Below, piece by piece: positions 60,301 to 64,000 of a stretch of DNA of 64,000 bases; within the stretch, counting starts at the first letter, position 1; each line of letters starts with the position of its first letter. The position numbers and the translations under genes are program-made. This DNA is from Vitrella brassicaformis CCMP3155 (lineage: Eukaryota; Protista; Chromerida): contig CDMY01000269.1 of NCBI GenBank assembly GCA_001179505.1, positions 77,815-141,814 on the forward strand, in the 5' to 3' direction. Below the pieces are notes generated by a model, which was not told the origin of the DNA, searched no databases, and was given only the letters and a program-made list of their open reading frames with translations.

Positions 60301-62784
60301 NNNNNNNNNNNNNNNNNNNCCTCCCGCAGTTCACTTCGGGCCTCGATGTCCGAGGGATTGCGGTCGAATCGGTCGTCTCTGCGGGGCAGCGGTCGGTTGG
60401 TGACACGGCGAGCCGTAGAGTGCAGGGGCACACCGCCCCCCACACCACCGCCACGCAGCTGAGGCGCCAGTCGCTGTTTGCCGGGCAGAGGATCGTCGCC
60501 ATCGTCGGCCCTTGTGGCATCAGCCTGGTCGCCATGCCTCTTCGCCCCTCCCTCTGACGTGTCCAATCGCTCCATCATCTGTCTGTGCGCAATGGCGGCC
60601 TCCTTAGCACCCTCGAAGCCGAGCTCAGCGACGGAGAAGGACTTGCGCTTCTGCTTGCCGTTCTCCTGCCAGCTGGCCTTCCGTGCCTTTTTCGTCTCGT
60701 CGTAGGTCACGCCCTTGACGCCGCTCTGATGCTTGGATCGCTCCTGCACGGATGCCCGGCCGCTGCGCTCCATCTCACGACGATACTGCTCGGCCAACGC
60801 CTGAAGCCAAGAGAAAGTAAAAACAAGGTGTGTGGCGCCTCTCGGCTTTACTCCCTCCCACCTTTGCTTTGTCGAATCCGTGATGTTTCATGTAGAAGCA
60901 CTTGTGCTTCTGCTTGCCGTCGTTCTTGCTGCGCCAGTACGCTTGCCAGTATTGACCCCGCTCACACCAGTATACGCCATGCACGGCTGACTGATGCTCG
61001 GCAGGTTTGCCGATGACGGTCTTGCCCGTGCCGGCCTCGGCTGTCTTGCCGCCCTTGCGCTTCTGCGGCTCCTTCTTGGCCCACAGACCTGAGAGAAAAC
61101 AACACAGGCACCCAAAATGGATGGGTGCTCGACAATAGGAATGGTGTGGTTGTCTACCTTTGTCGTCGGGAGCCTCATTGTGAGGTGGGTGAGCTGCGCC
61201 ACCACCACCAGCAGCAGCAGCAGCAACAGCGAGGGTCATGGACGAGGGACCGGGGGCACCGACGGGCGGTGAGCCATTGACGGGGGAAGGGACGCCAATC
61301 AACCCTGCACACATGGAAAGACGAACACACACACAATGATATACGTTAAAGTCCCCAAGTCTCCCTTGTTTCAGCTCTAGCCTTACCTGCAGCAGGTTTC
61401 CACTGAGTCACGGTCCGCTCGACGCCATCGATGACGTCAGACACACTCTCAAAGCGATCGTCGGTGTCTGCCGTGCCGTTGCGGACGGCAACCAGCAGGT
61501 CGCTCAGCATGTTCGTGTTCCACCCCCTCCCGCCGTGGTGACGGCTGACAACCGCCCGCACCCACACCGGAGGCCGATTGTCCCCCTCCCCCCGCCATGC
61601 CGTCACCACATACCGCTGACCGTCGCCCTCGCCGGCCACACTGAACTCCACACCCTCGTACTCGGCGAAGTAGTTGCGGTGGCCGGGGGTGCCCTTGTTG
61701 TGCAACACATCCGACAAGGGGATCGGCCGGCGGCTTGACGGCCGCTCGTTGTTCCGAGCTTCTTTAGGAGACCCTTCACGTGAGCGGGTGCCGCCACCTT
61801 GCTGCTTCTTCGGATAGGGTGGTGCGTGATGCTGGTGAGTGGGCGACGGGTGCTGTCCTCCTGTGTTGGTGTTGTCGAGTGATGGTGTTGTTGCGAGGGC
61901 AGGTGGGTCGGCAGGTGGTGGCGAAGGGGTCTGGCTCTCTGAAAAGGGGGATGGGTGGGGCTTGGCGGCTGTCTTTGGTGGACAGACTGGGGGAACAGCC
62001 GCTGCTGCTTCATTCTGCCGCGGCTGGCTTGCTGATGCCGCATGGGAGTGAGAGCCGGCAGCCAGCCGCTGTGCAAGGCCCTGTGAGGGTGGGTGAGGCG
62101 CCTCAGTGGGATGAACAGACGGACCAGGAGCCGACAAGGCCGCCTGCATTGCTGGCACCGTCGCGACTCCGGGATTGGCTTGGACGGTCGCCGCAATGAC
62201 CACCTTGGGGGATTCTATGGACGGCACAGACAGACAGACAGACATAGAAGTGCCTGTGACAGCGTGTATGCGTGCGCATGAGCGTACCTTCTGCTGGTGG
62301 TGCCGCTGCTGCTGGTGGTGGTGGTGGTGGTGGCGGTTGCGGCTGTGGTTGCTCATGGGCCGGCTCAGATTCTGCGTGACGACCTGCACGGCACACACAC
62401 ATGTGGGTAGGGTAGATGTGTGGTGTGGATGGGATGAGCAGGTGCCCTTGTGGCATTCATTCAGCGAGCACTCACTCACCTGTGGCATCCATGTCCTTCT
62501 GCTGGTGCTGGTGCTGGTCAGGGGGGGACGCTGCACACACGCATACACAAACACGTGTGCGTCACATGGGCGTGTCTGCGTGTTGGTGTTGCTGTGGATG
62601 CTCACCTGGTTTCTTGACGTCGAATCGCCGGCGCTTCGGTGCCATCAGTGGCTGGCTCTCTGCAACAGCAGAGGACACACCCATCCATACACCCATGTGT
62701 GTGTGGTGGAGTGGGCACCCACGTGTGCTGCTTCCTCCCCCTTGATCCAGCTGCTTCTTGTCGACAAGTGGCGGAGAATCTGAG

Positions 62785-62815
<31 letters not shown>

Positions 62816-62913
62816 ATCCTTTTGGCCAGTGGGGTGTGTGGGAATTATATTGCGTGCCTGGAGGTTTCCCGACGTCGAATCGGCTCCTCCGTAGCACACG
62901 AGCAGGGATCACC

Positions 62914-62948
<35 letters not shown>

Positions 62949-63231
62949 GTGTGTCAACGCACAGCAGTGTATGTGTGTGTGTGATTTGGTAGGTACCAGT
63001 GGGCGGCGCTGGCGGCGCTGGTGGTGACTGGACAGAGCCCAAAAGAGGCGACTGGACAGGCACAGATGAACGGTGGGCCTGATGCACCTCAGATGCTGAT
63101 TGGGCCGCGCCGGCAGCATGTGAAGACGACCCATGAGTCGCTGAGGCCGCCTGCATAGCCAGAGCCCGAAAGCTGTCCTCACCTGCCGATGCTGAGAAGC
63201 CGGCAGGAGTATGAGTGGGCTGACTGGCCAT
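51363..63231 (-). CDS. Giant multi-AP2 gene, locus 2 (4 visible AP2 pairs, degenerate AP2-like units, PHD finger, SAM-like C-terminus), interrupted by two gaps
   Basis: ATG at 63231 (MASQPTHTPAG); AP2 pairs at about 60570-60996, 58464-58896, 56555-56987 and 54754-55179; no frameshift noticed in the visible sequence. It may be more than one gene across the gaps. Confidence 0.85.
55898..56032 (-). other. PHD finger (C4HC3) inside AP2 locus 2
   Basis: CWECGKGDDEQLLLLCDNVGCSAAYHTYCVQLTAVPKGKWFCPEC, in frame with the upstream AP2 domain in ORF 55475-56956. Confidence 0.93.
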
Positions 63232-63519
63232 CGTCACTTTTGTTGCTGCCGTCGCTTCAGCTTGCTCATAGGCCCTCCCCTGGCGCCGTCATGGGCACAG
63301 ATAACGGTAGATGCGGTGTCTGACGTTGACTCGATGAAGCACGTCTGTTGAAAACCGCCAGATCTCTGCTCAATTGTAGGAGATCTGCGGAAGAGCTGGA
63401 CTCTATGCCGCTGGCGAGGTCCTAAAACGCCTCAATCACTCGGGAATTGCAAGCTTTTCTGCGAGCTCGGAAAAGGCGGAAAGAGAAGTGGATCTTTGCG
63501 ACTCTTTGCAGCAGCAGCG

Positions 63520-64000
63520 ATGGTGGAGTACTCCATTATCTTGCCGACGTATAATGAGCGCGACAACCTGCCGCTGGTCATCTGGCTGATTGTGAGTGAG
63601 CTGCAGAAGGCGGACATCGGCGATTGGGAGGTGGTGGTGGTGGACGACAGCAGCCCTGACGGCACGGCAGACGTCTGCAGACAGCTGCAGCGCATCTACG
63701 GCCACCGACACATCCGTCTGCATGAGCGGCCCGGCAAGCTGGGCCTCGGCACTGCCTACCGCAGCGGCCTGGAGGTCGCAAAGGGCGCCTTCATCATTCT
63801 GATGGACGCCGACCTGTCGCACCACCCCAAGTTCATCCCCCAGTTCATCGACATGCAGCGGACCACACAGGCCGACATCGTGACGGGGACGCGCTACAAG
63901 GGGAGGGGCGGCGGTGTGTATGGGTGGGACATGCGGCGCATCCTCACGAGCCGTGTGGCCAACTACCTGGCGCAGGTGATGCTCAGCCCCGGTGTGTCGG
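63520..64000 (+). CDS. DPM1: Dolichol-phosphate mannosyltransferase subunit 1 (partial, runs off the window)
   Basis: MVEYSIILPTYNERDNLP...VVVVDDSSPDGTAD...RPGKLGLGTAY...IILMDADLSHHPKFIPQFI...DIVTGTRY...GGVYGWD.RR.LTSRVANYLAQ. Confidence 0.96.
   Translation, partial: MVEYSIILPTYNERDNLPLVIWLIVSELQKADIGDWEVVVVDDSSPDGTADVCRQLQRIYGHRHIRLHERPGKLGLGTAYRSGLEVAKGAFIILMDADLSHHPKFIPQFIDMQRTTQADIVTGTRYKGRGGGVYGWDMRRILTSRVANYLAQVMLSPGVS

Overview
Intron-rich, GC-rich eukaryotic DNA with many (CA)n/(GA)n tracts in introns and five scaffold gaps of about 300 N. The apicomplexan-type AP2 domains, an ISP-type PH-like gene and the intron style point to a chromerid/alveolate, probably Vitrella-like (inference, not verified). 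The dominant feature is two paralogous minus-strand loci (about 11.9-27.7 kb and 51.4-63.2 kb) encoding giant modular AP2 proteins. I count 20 canonical AP2 domains in 10 intron-split tandem pairs. They are interleaved with helix-plus-degenerate-AP2-like units, each locus ends in a SAM-like domain, and one paralog carries a PHD finger where the other carries an extra AP2 pair. A second dynamic region (3.6-11 kb, partly copied inverted at 47-50 kb) holds five Pro-rich, two-hydrophobic-segment, dispanin-like paralogs (two with premature stops). It also holds two copies of an unassigned gene, telomere-like motifs at block edges and a candidate box C/D snoRNA cluster. Single-copy genes reconstructed by hand: CenH3, thioredoxin-SHP-UBX, COPI-associated/Tvp15-like, an LRR protein, a non-RD kinase, an ISP-like PH protein, a GNAT, Mpv17/PMP22, a coiled-coil protein, Utp14 and DPM1 (partial). 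All exon structures, alignments and domain calls were made by eye; no database search was run.
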